Source of the DNA: Minisyncoccota bacterium
GTDB taxonomy: Bacteria; Patescibacteriota; Minisyncoccia; Phycocordibacterales; SBAW01
Assembly: GCA_035546615.1 (NCBI GenBank)
Contig: DASZWM010000007.1
Location: forward strand, 1,451-65,450
Length of the DNA: 64,000 nucleotides
Direction: 5' to 3'
Positions 63,615 to 64,000 of the stretch are shown one piece after another. The number at the start of each line of letters is the position of its first letter. Position 1 is the first letter of the stretch. A program made the position numbers and the translations under genes. The notes under the pieces were generated by a model. That model did no database searches, had not been told where the DNA came from, and saw only the letters and a program-made list of their open reading frames with translations.

Positions 63615-64000
63615 AATTTGAATCATTCCACGAGCAGCTTCCGCTACCCGTGCCTTGTTACGACTTACTCCCTGTCACCGAGCTTACCGTGAACCCACTT
63701 GCGTGGATCTTCGGGTGCTCCCGGCTCCCTTGAGTTGACGGGCGGTGAGTACAAGACTTGAGAACGTATTCACCGCGGTATAGCTGACCCGCGATTACTA
63801 GCGATTCCGGCTTCATGAGGTCGAGTTGCAGACCTCAATCCGAACTGAGCACTCGTTTCAAGATTTGCTCCGGGTTACCCCATTGCGTCTCGTTGTCGAG
63901 TGCATTGTATCATGCGTGCAGCCCAGGATATCAGAGGGACATGCTGATCTGGCGTCATCCTCACCTTCCTCCCCCGTGAGGGGGCAGTCTCGCCTGACAT
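63615..64000 (-). rRNA. rrs: 16S rRNA gene, 3' ~390 nt (E. coli ~1175 to 3' end). Continues beyond the window end
   Basis: RC contains GGAGGAAGGTG..., GAATCGCTAGTAATCGCGGGTCAGC, GTGAATACGTTC, CTTGTACTCACCGCCCGTC, AAGTCGTAACAAGG and helix 45 with GGAA loop (CACGGGUAGC-GGAA-GCUGCUCGUG). Confidence 0.9.

Overview
This window looks like high-GC (about 60%) bacterial chromosome. My guess is a Patescibacteria/CPR-like lineage: few Shine-Dalgarno sequences, a divergent 16S rRNA gene, lamin-tail-domain and TraD-like proteins, a giant surface protein and a heavy load of glycosylation genes. That lineage call is inference only. Layout from left to right follows. (1) 1-9179, minus strand: the 5' 9.2 kb of a giant repetitive surface-protein gene that runs off the window. 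The ORF track cannot show it because it has no stop inside the window; every ORF the track lists there is off-frame junk. The protein has an N-terminal excisionase/HTH_17-like module, one transmembrane helix, Ser/Thr-rich tandem repeats and a seven-repeat LVIVD beta-propeller. The adjacent 279-aa tail-anchored membrane protein shares the same N-terminal module. (2) Housekeeping genes on the minus strand: gatB, a secreted protein with four LamG-like repeats, obg, ccdA, a NUDIX hydrolase, secA and murB. (3) 21.6-51.6 kb: a very large surface-glycan locus. It contains a Wzy_C (O-antigen-ligase-like) plus TPR membrane protein, two nucleotide-sugar dehydrogenases, a clear GDP-mannose 3,5-epimerase homologue, Wzm/Wzt ABC exporter genes, about 12 glycosyltransferases and six methyltransferases. 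The glycosyltransferases include three GT11 'fucosyltransferase'-type domains, a GT15 Kre2-like mannosyltransferase and a tri-domain enzyme. The Wzm-Wzt intergenic region is interrupted by a four-helix-bundle gene flanked by perfect inverted repeats, like a 23S rRNA intervening sequence. (4) A minus-strand operon encoding a hypothetical secreted protein, CapA, a TraD/VirD4-like P-loop ATPase and a lamin-tail-domain protein. (5) rsmI, a pgeF-like gene, murC and murD. (6) tRNA-Leu(CAG) overlapped by a free-standing LAGLIDADG homing-endonuclease gene, then a tandem cold-shock-domain protein. (7) tRNA-Ile(GAT) and the 3' part of a 16S rRNA gene on the minus strand, with a long ITS, no tRNA-Ala or 23S downstream, and no CCUCC anti-SD in the 16S 3' tail. 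The most interesting hypothesis is a protein O-glycosylation system (Wzy_C-TPR oligosaccharyltransferase, ABC-exporter glycan assembly with methyl capping and probable L-galactose) that targets the giant Ser/Thr-rich membrane-anchored HTH protein. There is no CRISPR array and no prophage. All coordinates derived by hand may be off by a few nucleotides.
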